Notes under the pieces: model-generated | What the model was told of the DNA's origin: nothing | The model's input: only the letters and a program-made list of their open reading frames with translations | Database searches by the model: none | NCBI RefSeq assembly: GCF_037042905.1 | Contig: NC_087245.1 | Span: 23,748,001-23,812,000 of the forward strand | Length of the DNA stretch: 64,000 bases | Direction of reading: 5' to 3' | DNA from: Lytechinus pictus | Lineage: Eukaryota | Translations under genes and position numbers: made by a program | Shown here: in pieces, positions 53,331 through 64,000 of the stretch | How the letters are laid out: each line of letters opens with the position of its first letter | Numbering within the stretch: the stretch's first letter is position 1

Positions 53331-54157
53331 GTGAGTTACTTTTTATTCAAACATTCAATATCACTTCCATGATTTATGGATATAATCATTTGGAGGGGTC
53401 TGTGTTGTAGTTCCTGACCAAGGTTTGATATTATACTAAATGATAATGATGGTACTCTCCACTTTTCAGTTGCTTTTCACTGTTTTAGGAATATCAAGAT
53501 TTTTAAATCCCAAATTTTTTGTGGTATTTTCCTTTATTAATTTGATTTTTTTTTTAATGGAGAATTGATACAGACTGCTTGTTTAATCGTCCATCTTTTT
53601 TTTTTCACTTTTGCGCAAGTCAAGAATAATGTTAGTCATCTCTTATTCATATTTTTAATAGTCGCATTTCAAAGATTGATATCGATAAAGACTATGAAGA
53701 AACAATCTTCATTTATTGGAATACATGTATGTACTTTGGATTCCCCCCCAGTAGGGTATGCGCTTTAAGCCAGGGTGGACGGTCAGTCGTGTTGAAAAGT
53801 GAAGATTAACATCATGTAGGCCTACATAACCCAGCAGGTTGAGGGTATTCGCCGGGCTCAGATTGGGTTTATTAATCTTATTTTGCATTGAAACAAACAA
53901 TGTACAAAAAGTTTGAGTCTTACACGAAAGTGTAGATGATGAAGTTTTATTATTCGCAACAAAATCATCAACATTATGAATATATATTTCTCTACTTAGG
54001 CAACAAACCATGTATATCTCCAAAAGTTGATTGCTCAAATAATTACAAAAAAAATAAAATGCCTACCAAGACATTAAAGAAAACCTAGGGCCTGTTGCAT
54101 AAAACTTTTGTCATAAAATAATACTGTCTCAAACAAAAGTTTGCCATTGAAAATTAA

Positions 54158-54320
54158 GGCCACCGCACACCTTAAGACTGTTCGCGATCCGATTTTTGAG
54201 CAAATTGCAGTTTGCTCATTTTCTGAAAATGTGAATGGAACAGTAAGATATTCCAAGTCTCAATATTAGCATCAAATTCTACTACATTTTATTCTGAAAT
54301 GGGATCGCAAACAGGTGGCC
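54158..54320. mobile_element. Internally deleted copy of the 60176-60582 MITE
   Basis: Shares both ends and lacks the middle. Confidence 0.75.
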
Positions 54321-54801
54321 TTTACACATTTACATGTAAAAAACTCTAGCAAAAATTTTGCCAGAGATCTTCCCTCTGTTAGATAGTCTAGATCCCATTT
54401 TAAAATGGAGAGCTATGATCTTTACAGGATATCACTTCATTAATTTTCTTCAGATGTAAATTGTATTATTTTTGTTATACTGTGCTTTTCCCATGAGGCG
54501 CAAAGAGCTTACAATTAATTAATTGAATGGAATTATATAATCTTTAAACTACAAACTACTGAAAAGATGGATTTTTCATGCTTTTCTGAAAATTGCTCAT
54601 AATGGAGACTGAGTAGAGTGCAAGAGCCAAATCGTTCCAGTATTTTGAAGCAGACACAGCTAATCGCTCACTTATGTATGAGTAATGAACAAGTGAGACG
54701 AAGAGGGTCAACAGCCGACCGGAGTGCTCGAGTTGTCATATACAGGCAGGATCAGGCAGTTACACTGTACTTAAAAACTCTGGAGCCTTTTTTTTCAGTG
54801 C

Positions 54802-54807
54802 TTTATT
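54802..54807 (-). terminator. Candidate AATAAA poly(A) signal of the LRR-Ig gene
   Basis: tttatt on +, about 480 nt downstream of the stop; retained in the duplicated block at 63355-63360. Confidence 0.45.
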
Positions 54808-55283
54808 GACAAACAAGATTAGACTAAGTTGAACATTCAAAGGAAGCCAGTGTAGTATAAAATTTAAGAGTGGTTGGGAAGGATTGATGATCTAGGGAAA
54901 CCTGTGAAATTAATTGTGCTGCCACATTTTGTATTCGTCGAATTAAAAATTTATTAACTGATATGCTAATATCTGCAGTGACTACGTCATTCTTCTACTT
55001 TAATGGCTGGTACATACATGTAGGTTTATAGTAAATTTGTTTTCCCAGCTTCATTCTCATGTGTAAAGACCACTCACAATATCTTTATTAACATCAGTGA
55101 TAAAGAAAGAAAAGCATTATGTACAAATCTACCATAATAATCAACAAACTGATATTAGCAACATTTTAATCTGTTTCTGTTGCCTTCTGAAAACCATTTA
55201 TCGCAGTACAAGCCTATGGTATAACAGATTTCATTTATAGTCAAAGGGATAAGCTATACACATTTCAAATTGCACTCTGTGTG

Positions 55284-58200
55284 TTAAATACAGTAAATGA
55301 ATGCCAACATCGATACAAACAATACATGACATGACTTACTAATAACATTTGAAGTAGGCATACTTGAAGTTAAAATATTATTAGTACCACATTGAAGTGT
55401 ATCTTTCCATTCTTTGGCTAATATTGTAGTACTAGTATTAGAACTGTCTTCCACATTCTCTTCCATTTCCTCTACAAGTAAATCTATAGTGAATTTTGTT
55501 TGCCCACCTTCATTCTTACTCCAACAGGTGTAAAGACCAATCATATCCTTAGTAACGTAACTGATTAGAAGTGCATTATGGGGAAGGATAGAAATTGCTT
55601 CTGGTAGGGTGTCTCTTACAGTGTTTAGTTGTTCCCCTTGAAATGTGACTGACCAGTAAATGTCATTTGATGTTATTATTGGGCAAGGTAACTCAACCAT
55701 TTTGTCACCAAGGAATGAAAGAAGAGTTTGGTAGGGCTGAGAGCACAGCAGTGGTCGGCAGGTGAAGCTGTTCTTGGCAGCAAGATCAACCACTGAATAG
55801 TTGGCATAAGCTAAAGGTTTGTCACATTTTATGGGGGTGAGTGTGTGTTTCAGAGCGAAAATAGATTTGATGAGGTCACAATTACATGTCCAAGGATTAT
55901 TTTCTAATTCAATTTGGATGCTTTTCAAAGTGAAGGTCAGTAAGCCGAGATCAAGCTTTGTAAGTTGGTTGCCTTGAAGGTAAAGATGAGTCAAGTATGT
56001 CTGATGCCGTAATGAGCCAAATTCAAAGAACAGTATAAGGTTATAACTTAAATCTAGAAACCAGAATTGATTATGCTTGTCAAATGAATCCATTAAGATC
56101 AATTTTAGTTTATTTTGAGACAGATAGAGACTGTATGCTTTGTTACTTCTTGGCAGACAGTATTTTGGGATGGTAGTAATGGCATTGTTTGACAAATCAA
56201 GAACGTTTACAGTGTTTATTAACACATTTTGACAGTGGTCCCCAAGGTTGATAGAAGAGAGATTTAAGAACCATAGATCTGAGAATTCCAAAATGGTTCC
56301 TACACTATTACTTGTGTTTCTCACAAAGTGCGCACGAAAAGCCAAATTTTCATTGAGTTCCAAGTAGAGTAAATTTGGAGTATCTTGAAATATGCTCAAG
56401 GATGTGTTTGAAAAGGGTGTAGAAGGAAACAATATGCCCTCTATATCCTGACCTTCTGAAAACAGGTGATTTGAAATGCGTGTTAAAGGATTTTCACCTA
56501 AATATATAAATTTCAAATCCAGAATGTCTGAGAAAAGACCAGAACGAAGGTATGTTATGCGATTCCTTTCCAGCTTCAATTGGAAAATTGTTCTTAAACC
56601 AATGAATGCTGTAGGATATATATCAGCTATGTCATTATCGTTCAAATCTAGAAATATCAGTGAGGATGCTGATGTGAAAGTGAAATTTGGTATGGAGACA
56701 ATATGATTCTTATTCAGGTATAGTCCCACCAAATTGGGAGAAATTTTGATGTTTTTGAAATCAGTCAAGTTGTTGTTGCATGCAAATATATTGGTTCCTG
56801 ATAGCTCACTTGAATTTGAAGCTCCAAAGGCATTATTATTAACGTTTATATGAAGAGCTGAAGTAGAAACAACATCAGTGATTCTGTTGCCCTCTGCATT
56901 GATATAAACGAGTGTTCTGTCACCAAAGAGGTGATTCAAGTTAAAATGATATAAAAGATTGTGACTGATATCAAGGCTTTGGAGGGATTGCAAGTTGCGT
57001 ATATTAATCTCCATGAATAAATTAAATGACAAGTCCAAAGTTCTGAGATGGATTAGAGTCAAGAAGTCTGGAGAGTTGATGGTTCTGAGTCTGTTATGGC
57101 TTATATACAGCTTCTCAAGTGAATAAATGGAATGAAGGAATCTAAGATCAGAAATTTTATTTTTGGCCAGGTTTAATACAGCTAGTCTTGGTGAAGAGTC
57201 AAATGTTGAGTTTTCTATAGTGTGAATTATGTTTTCTGATAATTGGAGATTTACAAGTTCAGGAAAAGTTGGAAGGTTTGATAATATTGATATTCTGTTT
57301 TTATCGAGCGCGAGTTCACGAAGTTGAGGAAGGCAAATCAGGGTTTTGTTATCCAAAAATGTGATAGAGTTTGAAGACAGTTGCAGCCACTTTAGGTTTA
57401 GCAAATTTCCAAACTTTTTCATGTTCTTAATTCGATTAGAATTCAAATTAATGTATTGTAGGTGATGACTATCAATGCCAAAGTCAACATCTTTTATTTT
57501 ATTGAATGAAGCACATAGAAAATAAAGGTTAGGAAAGGATGAGATGGAAATTTTTTGCAGGTCATTCCTATCAACATTAAGAATTCTTAATTTTGTGTAA
57601 TTCCCTCCTTCAAATAATTCAAATCTTGTCAGGCTGTTTTTTCGAAGGAGAAGACTTTGTGGTGTACTAAAGAAAGATTGTGATAATTGAATAATTTCAT
57701 TGCCCTTTAAATTGATTGTATCTATGTTTGGAATGTTAGAAAAGGCAGGTCTTTGCACAACTCTTATATTGTTTTCTTCCAAAAATATGTGCCTGATGTA
57801 CATCATATTACAGAAGGAAGAGATGTCTACAATGTTGTTGTGCCCGAGTTTGATTGTGTCTAGCAAAGGGACACTTAAGAATACATTGTCACTGATGCGT
57901 CTTATGTAGTTGAATTCAAGCGTAAGTATCTTCAGGCTTTTCATCGTTTGCAGTCTATCCAAATATTCAATATTGTTGTAGTTAATGTTCAGATGTGATA
58001 TGGCATTTGGATACGCCAACATCATTGTGTGAAGGTCATTGATAGCATTTCCATTCAAATTCAAAATTGATAATTTGAATGGAATTTTTGGTAGACTTGT
58101 GAGTTTATTGTATGCCAGTTCAAGTTCTGTAAGGTGTGTTGTATTCTGAAGTGTTTGATGATGCCACTCTGTCAGAGAGTTCTGCATGACAGATATTTGT

Positions 58201-58574
58201 AGAATGATGGGTAACGAACCAAGATATGGAATGCTCTGAAGGAAGTTAGAGTGAAGTTCTATGAGCATAAGTTCTCCTGCATTATCAAAGACTTGCTTCT
58301 CGATGTAGTGTAGATGGTTATGGGACAGAAGAAGTTCCCTCAACCTGTTTTGGCATGAGAATGACCCTCTGTTTAGCGTGGAGATGAAGTTCCTGCGCAA
58401 GTTAAGTACACCAACATGACATGGGAGATCCTTTGGAACATCTTCTAGATAGCGGTCTGTACATGTCATTCTAAAATTCACACCCTGCTGCTCACAGTGA
58501 CACGGATCCTGACATTGTGAATTACAGCCCCTTCCATAAACAGTGACTAGTAGTAGGAATATGAAGATATTCAT
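55284..58574 (-). CDS. Single-coding-exon LRR + Ig-domain cell-surface protein, probably GPI-anchored (about 1096 aa from the likely ATG at 58574; ORF is open to 58637)
   Basis: Signal peptide MNIFIFLLLVTVYGRGCNS, LRRNT (CQDPCHC..TC..VPKDLP), roughly 30 LxLxxNxI repeats, LRRCT (NPWTCNC..KCDKP..FTC), Ig domain (VELPC..IYW..LLI..DMIGLYTC..NEGG), S/T-rich stalk, hydrophobic C-terminus ending at the stop. Confidence 0.93.
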   Translation of the reverse strand: MNIFIFLLLVTVYGRGCNSQCQDPCHCEQQGVNFRMTCTDRYLEDVPKDLPCHVGVLNLRRNFISTLNRGSFSCQNRLRELLLSHNHLHYIEKQVFDNAGELMLIELHSNFLQSIPYLGSLPIILQISVMQNSLTEWHHQTLQNTTHLTELELAYNKLTSLPKIPFKLSILNLNGNAINDLHTMMLAYPNAISHLNINYNNIEYLDRLQTMKSLKILTLEFNYIRRISDNVFLSVPLLDTIKLGHNNIVDISSFCNMMYIRHIFLEENNIRVVQRPAFSNIPNIDTINLKGNEIIQLSQSFFSTPQSLLLRKNSLTRFELFEGGNYTKLRILNVDRNDLQKISISSFPNLYFLCASFNKIKDVDFGIDSHHLQYINLNSNRIKNMKKFGNLLNLKWLQLSSNSITFLDNKTLICLPQLRELALDKNRISILSNLPTFPELVNLQLSENIIHTIENSTFDSSPRLAVLNLAKNKISDLRFLHSIYSLEKLYISHNRLRTINSPDFLTLIHLRTLDLSFNLFMEINIRNLQSLQSLDISHNLLYHFNLNHLFGDRTLVYINAEGNRITDVVSTSALHINVNNNAFGASNSSELSGTNIFACNNNLTDFKNIKISPNLVGLYLNKNHIVSIPNFTFTSASSLIFLDLNDNDIADIYPTAFIGLRTIFQLKLERNRITYLRSGLFSDILDLKFIYLGENPLTRISNHLFSEGQDIEGILFPSTPFSNTSLSIFQDTPNLLYLELNENLAFRAHFVRNTSNSVGTILEFSDLWFLNLSSINLGDHCQNVLINTVNVLDLSNNAITTIPKYCLPRSNKAYSLYLSQNKLKLILMDSFDKHNQFWFLDLSYNLILFFEFGSLRHQTYLTHLYLQGNQLTKLDLGLLTFTLKSIQIELENNPWTCNCDLIKSIFALKHTLTPIKCDKPLAYANYSVVDLAAKNSFTCRPLLCSQPYQTLLSFLGDKMVELPCPIITSNDIYWSVTFQGEQLNTVRDTLPEAISILPHNALLISYVTKDMIGLYTCWSKNEGGQTKFTIDLLVEEMEENVEDSSNTSTTILAKEWKDTLQCGTNNILTSSMPTSNVISKSCHVLFVSMLAFIYCI

Positions 58575-60175
58575 TGTTGTTCTGAGAGAAGGAATTTCCA
58601 GATGGAAAAACATGTCAATGAAAGATTTGCATTTCATAGGGATCGTCTTCTTTCTCCTGTGGAAATGATTGAGTCAAGCACACAATTATCAACAAATGGT
58701 AATCCAACAGTCTTCACTTTCTTGAAATATTGTATTACTCTTATTTTTCAATGAAGAGCACTGCTTATGGGTAAGACATGCGTACATCATATGCATTATC
58801 AAGAGAATACCAGTGAGAGAATACTGAGACTAATAATAGTGAATGTGACTTATATAGTGCCAGATCCACTCTGTAGAGAGCTGTAAGTGTATGAAGAAAT
58901 TATAAGGTGAACAGAAAAGTTGTAAGAACACTTTTAAAGGACTCGACACATACAATTTTCATGTGCATACAAAAAGAATATTAAAGCAAATGATAGTGAT
59001 TAGAGCAAGCAAAAATTAGACAACAAACAGAGCTCTATTGGAGGTCATCCAGTAGGCGTTAAGACCCAACCAAAAAATAAATAGTAATAATGATCATTAT
59101 AAAAATGAGGAAAATGATACTTCTCTCTTTAAGGTTGTAATTAGCTCTGGGAACGAGTAATCCAGAATTTATGCCTCTAGCATTTCAAAGTATTAATTTT
59201 TTAATTGCAGAAGATGAATGCTTTTTAGTATATTGATTGAATGTTCTTCCGCAAAAATGCATTGTGAATAATAATAATAATTGGCTTTAACATCACGCTT
59301 TATGAATCTACAATTGCTCAAAGCGCTTCTCAATTACAAAGCCTGCTTTAATGTACGTATGTATGATAAATACTCATCAGGATTTGATACAAAAATGACA
59401 TCGGCGGGTAATTAATTTAATTAAATTTCTTTTGCTTGGAGGGAATTCTGATTACCATTAGAGCATGATCGGTTCATCACGGATGGACATTTGATCGATT
59501 TTCAAATTTTGAAGGCTTGTAACAAATTAAGAATAAGATGAGCAAGGTTTGTTTGTGTATTATAGTGAAAGGTACTAGGACAAAGTATACTGCATGATTA
59601 AAAAAGTAGGTTGCCATGGTTACCTACAAACACAAGGATCCACTAAACGTTCCTTTTCACAAGATGAAAATAGTGTTTTAAAATTTGTTGTACATTTCTA
59701 TTGTTTCTATCTAAACAACTTAACATTGACTAACAATTGTTGATGCAAATATAACACTCCTGTCTCTTTAATAGCTTTTATGTCAAGCATATTGAATTCT
59801 AAACCAATATCTAACTTCTGAGAGAATCGCAAATATTTTTCATCATGGATGGACATCACGGACGGACACAGTTAACCCACATCAGGAGGACCTTGTAAGA
59901 AGTTCTTGTTATTTTTTTGGAGGAGGTGAACAAATGCTAAATTTGATGAATTGTACATTTCTGAATATGATTGAACAGTGTTGGTTGCACAATCAAGTTG
60001 CTGCAAGTTGAACCAACTTGATTGAAATGGTAGCATGCTAGACTTTTATCTCAACTTATGATTGCTTTAAGCACAAAATCAAATGTTCTAATGTTCATTG
60101 TTTTATTTTCAGATTATAGACGTGGTACCATGTACATGTACATGAAGCTGATCAATGATGTACGGTACATGTTAA

Positions 60176-60582
60176 GGCCACCACACACCTTACGACTGTT
60201 CGTGATCCGATTTTGGAACAAATCGCAATTTGCTCATTTTCTGAAAGTGTGAATGGAACATATCATTTTATTTGAGGTTAAAATTAATTGAAAGAATACT
60301 ACCATTTTGAAAGATTGCAAGCCTTTATTTTGGAGTAAAGGTCAAATTAGTTTCAAATCGTAGCCAATCGTACGACTGCTATGACGTCATTACGACTAGA
60401 TATTAAATTCGCTTTTATTCTAAGAAGGATGATAGCATAGTCACAGATTTGAACATAGGTATTTGTACAATGATTTAGAACATTACACAGTAATATATTC
60501 CAAGTCTCAATATTAGCATCAAATTCTACTACATTTTATTCTGAAATCGAGTCGCAGACCAATCGTAAGGTGTGCGGTCGCC
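60176..60582. mobile_element. MITE with GGCCACCGCACACCTTACGA-type TIRs, TTAA-flanked
   Basis: ggccaccacacaccttacga...tcgtaaggtgtgcggtcgcc. Confidence 0.8.
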
Positions 60583-60626
60583 TTAACATGTTCATGAATC
60601 ATAATATCTCATGATCAAATATGTTA

Positions 60627-61572
60627 TAGTAGAGTGGATAAGCAGAACAATTGTGCAAATTATGACTTAAGCATGAAACTTTCACAAGTATTAGTATATG
60701 CCGTAAGATTTATTTTAAAGATGGGAGGTAAATTTTTAAATGCTATTTTTGGCTGTTGCCATGGCAACGGATTAATTTCTCCAAAATAACATACATTCCC
60801 ATGTAAATGGTAAATAAAAATGATATAGATGACCAAAATGATAATTTTCAGGCTCCCATTTGAAAACATGAAATTTAGAAATATTCAAGATCACCAAGAT
60901 AGTTCCAATTGGTCTGTTGCCATGGCAACGGCTTGTTTTTCCCCAGAAAAATAAAAAAATTGATTAAAAAACCGTTGTAGAATATGATTTATCTTTAATT
61001 TCCCCTAATTCTACAATGTTAAAGATATTTTGGTTGCTAAATGTGTAAATTACATCTCAAGCCATTGCCATGGCAACCAAATAACATCTAATTTACAAAA
61101 ATAACATGGTTGACAAGACAATGGACAGGTGGAAAATACAGTTAGAATTGACTTAATCTGTATGCTTAAGTTTTGACCCCCTCATTTGAACAAAAAATAC
61201 AGAAGTGTTCTGCAGGAGTTCTTTATAAAGGTAAAAAAATATGTTGCCTTGGTAATGCTTGAATTTTTAGTTATTTATATATATATATTGGAGCTATCTT
61301 GGTGATCTTGAATATGTATTCAATTGGGAGCCTGAAAATCATCATTTTGGTCATCTATATCATGTTTATTTACCATTTACATGGGAATGTATGTAATTTT
61401 GGAGAAATTAATCCGTTGCCATGGCAACGGCCGAAAATGGCATTTAAAAATTTACCTCCCATCTTTAAAATAAATCTTACGGCATATACATGTACTTATA
61501 CTTGTGAAAGTTTCATGCTTTAGTCAAAATTTGCACAATTGTTGTGATTTTTGGAGCTTATCCGCTCTACTA
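60627..61572. mobile_element. Long-TIR (~280 bp) non-autonomous DNA element
   Basis: 60627-60905 is the reverse complement of about 61290-61572; repeated GTTGCCATGGCAAC palindromes. Confidence 0.82.
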
Positions 61573-63380
61573 TTAATACATGTACTAGGCGTTAATTTTC
61601 CAAGAACAAATTTGCCTTAAAGTCTGTTGATCTATCTTTTTTTTTCTGCCTCAGGAATATAAAAAAAAAAAAATTAAAAGGTTGCTGATTCCCGATTCTT
61701 GTTTGGTAGATCAAGTATGGCCACAACATTTTGTCAGAGGCTCTCTTGAATATCCCTCTTTTGCCCACTTGTAATGGAGACACCATAACACCAACAGCAG
61801 TCATGTATGTAGACCCTGACCGGACCCAAAATTGTAATTGATAAAATCATATACCAATCAAAGTCTTATTAAACTTCTTAACACAGCAATGCAAGCTTTA
61901 TATATTTTCACTGTTTACTAGCTGAGCAATTTGCCTAAAATTAGCTCCAATTACTGGGCTTCAGAAAAAGGCAACCTTGAATTAAGGAAATCTACAGCTT
62001 TGGAGCAGTTTTTGCCCTATAATATTTTATTTCCTTCTGTTTTGGGATAGCTTTCAAATTCTATCTGCATTCAGATTTTGGGTAACAACTTTTCCTGTCA
62101 TTTGTAATTCAGGCCCAATAATAGCCAGATGAAGATATATATAAAAAAAAAAAAACTTTGTGAAGAGTTGTAGCTTTCCATCCGTTTGAGTACTGAATAA
62201 TTGTCAGTGCCATTGTCTGCTGCAAATTGAAAAAATTAAATTCATAATCTGGAATTTTTTTTTTACGTACGAACCTATGGAAGCACAACCCTCCTGAAAA
62301 CGACATGTCACAAAATTTAGGCCATTAAAAAAACTTGATACAGCCTACTGCCAAAACTTGTTATTTTGAGTTTTTCATCGCCAAAATACTCAGCTTTCAA
62401 GTGGTGAATACACAGAAATTGTGCAAATTCATAGATGTGCATTATCCCACTTCAAGCAAAAGACAAGATAAAATTAATGACAGGGTCTAGCAGTCCGAAA
62501 TTTTGTCATTTGTTTTATTATCATTATATATCGATACCATGCTGACTGTGTGTCAAGCACACAGTGATATTGTTATATTGTTGTATTAGTTTTACTCATC
62601 ATCCATGGCTATTTTCAAAAATATTGTTTTTGCTCCAAGTAGTTAGGCCCTACAATATAATTCCTCTTTTTAACCTTTTCTCTCTTTTTTTCTCTGCGAA
62701 ATCCTTCTCAACTTCCTACCACTCTGTGTCGTGTAGTGTCAGTTGAAGATACTGTACGCCCCGTATTTCCTTGGGTCTTCCTGTTGATAAGAGGGGCCCC
62801 CACTCAGAACTAACTGTGAATTTGATAGGTTTGTCTGTGAAAAGATGGGCAGGAACATGCACAGATATGACGGAGAAAAAAACATTCTTCAGAATAGTGA
62901 TTTATGACAATCATAGTAGTGTCACATCTTTGAAAGAAATGAGCGAATTTATGACAAAAGTTACAACGGCTTTCCAGAATACCACACCTGGTGGTCTGAT
63001 ATCCACTTGGTCTACTGATTATGGTATATTGCACTACAGCAAATGAAGAAAGAACAGATCTATAAGCATTTCTTGTAGAACTGCTGGTGTTACACCTCTA
63101 GAGTGGATATTAGGCAAATTGGGTGTTGCCAACTAATGTACCAGTTACTAAAATGTGAAAAGAAGGTCACCAACCAACTGGATTGCTCTAGTTGTCACAT
63201 GCAGGCAGGGTCAAGCAGTTACACCAAGTGCATATGCAGGGGGGGGGGGCTTAAGGGTGCGCTCTCCCCCCCCCCCCCCACGTAAAAGTCCAACTCTTGA
63301 TCCACGCCTGCACACTGTACTTAAAAACTCTTGAGCCTGTTATTTTTTCAGTGCTTTATTGACAAACAAGATTAGACTAA

Positions 63381-64000
63381 GGCTGCGTTTATGCGACCTC
63401 AAGCCAGAATCATGATTTGAATCATGATTTGAATCATGATTCAAAACACAAACATGAATCACAATATCACAGAATCAGCGTTTAGACGACCGTCATTCCA
63501 ATGCTGTTTCTCCTCAGATTCGGGCCAATCCAGTGCGCATCACTAGTGCGCAGTTTGACAGAGGAAGTTTTTCGCACGTGTTTCGGCTCTCGAAAAATCT
63601 TTTGCTTCCAGAATTCAACCTAATTTTGTTTACTTCTATCATATAAGGTCCATATGCTTCTATCCAAAATGGTGTTCGGAAGTGAATTTCAGCGTAGATC
63701 CAATTTAATATTGACACTCTATACTCATCATTGTCTCCAGTTAATTCATTTACTAGAACTTGAAGTTGAAGACATGACCAAAAAATGAAAAGTAGTGGAC
63801 GATGCGAAGACCAACACAGAACTTGAACATGACAAGAAATGCATGCAGAGTAATCATGTACATACAATGAGCATAAGCTTGGCAAGAGTCAAACCGAAAG
63901 CCGTAGCCCGACGACACAGTGAGGTCATATAATCATGATTCAAATCACGATATCGTTTATTCGAACATTTTCGTACGTGATTCTGCAGAAACGTCTTTCC
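63381..64000. mobile_element. Harbinger-like element (TAA|GGCTGCGTTT), running off the window
   Basis: Begins exactly where homology with 54828 stops; GAATCATGATT subterminal repeats at both ends. Confidence 0.65.

Noticed and set aside
54428..54496. Possible ADAM17 terminal exon (tttacag|GATATC...TGA)
   Set aside because: Weak pyrimidine tract and a short hydrophobic peptide lacking the basic juxtamembrane residues expected; not fully excluded without RNA data.
55284..58637. Toll-like receptor call
   Set aside because: No TIR domain or cytoplasmic tail; an Ig domain follows the LRRCT.
62771..63046. ORF containing VDKR as an ADAM17 tail exon
   Set aside because: No AG acceptor before the Asp codon and no recognisable similarity downstream.
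63514..63885. 123-aa minus-strand ORF
   Set aside because: Lies inside the Harbinger-like element and has no transposase or LRR motifs.

Overview
AT-rich, intron-rich animal genomic DNA; the repeat landscape and gene structures suggest an invertebrate deuterostome, probably a sea urchin (inference). Three protein-coding genes are supported. (1) The last 8 coding exons of ARMC8 (+, stop at 9442). (2) ADAM17/TACE (+), reconstructed by hand as 19 phase-consistent GT-AG exons from the signal peptide (ATG 13844) through prodomain, RQKR furin site, [12 protein letters not shown] zinc motif, disintegrin, membrane-proximal domain, CANDIS-like helix and TM (53330); the cytoplasmic-tail exons are not found in the window. 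(3) A 3.3-kb uninterrupted ORF on the - strand encoding an LRRNT-(LRR)n-LRRCT-Ig protein with a probable GPI-anchor signal and no TIR or cytoplasmic domain, apparently nested antisense in an ADAM17 intron. A diverged copy of its putative poly(A) region at about 63.1-63.4 kb hints at a tandem paralogue beyond the edge. Introns are packed with non-autonomous DNA transposons (Helentron-type with internal satellite, TTAA-targeting, P-like, Mutator-like, Harbinger-like, foldbacks), tRNA-derived SINEs, a LINE tail, and a truncated Penelope-like element with a minimal hammerhead ribozyme. Coordinates were read by eye; repeat boundaries are approximate and superfamily names rest on terminal structure only.
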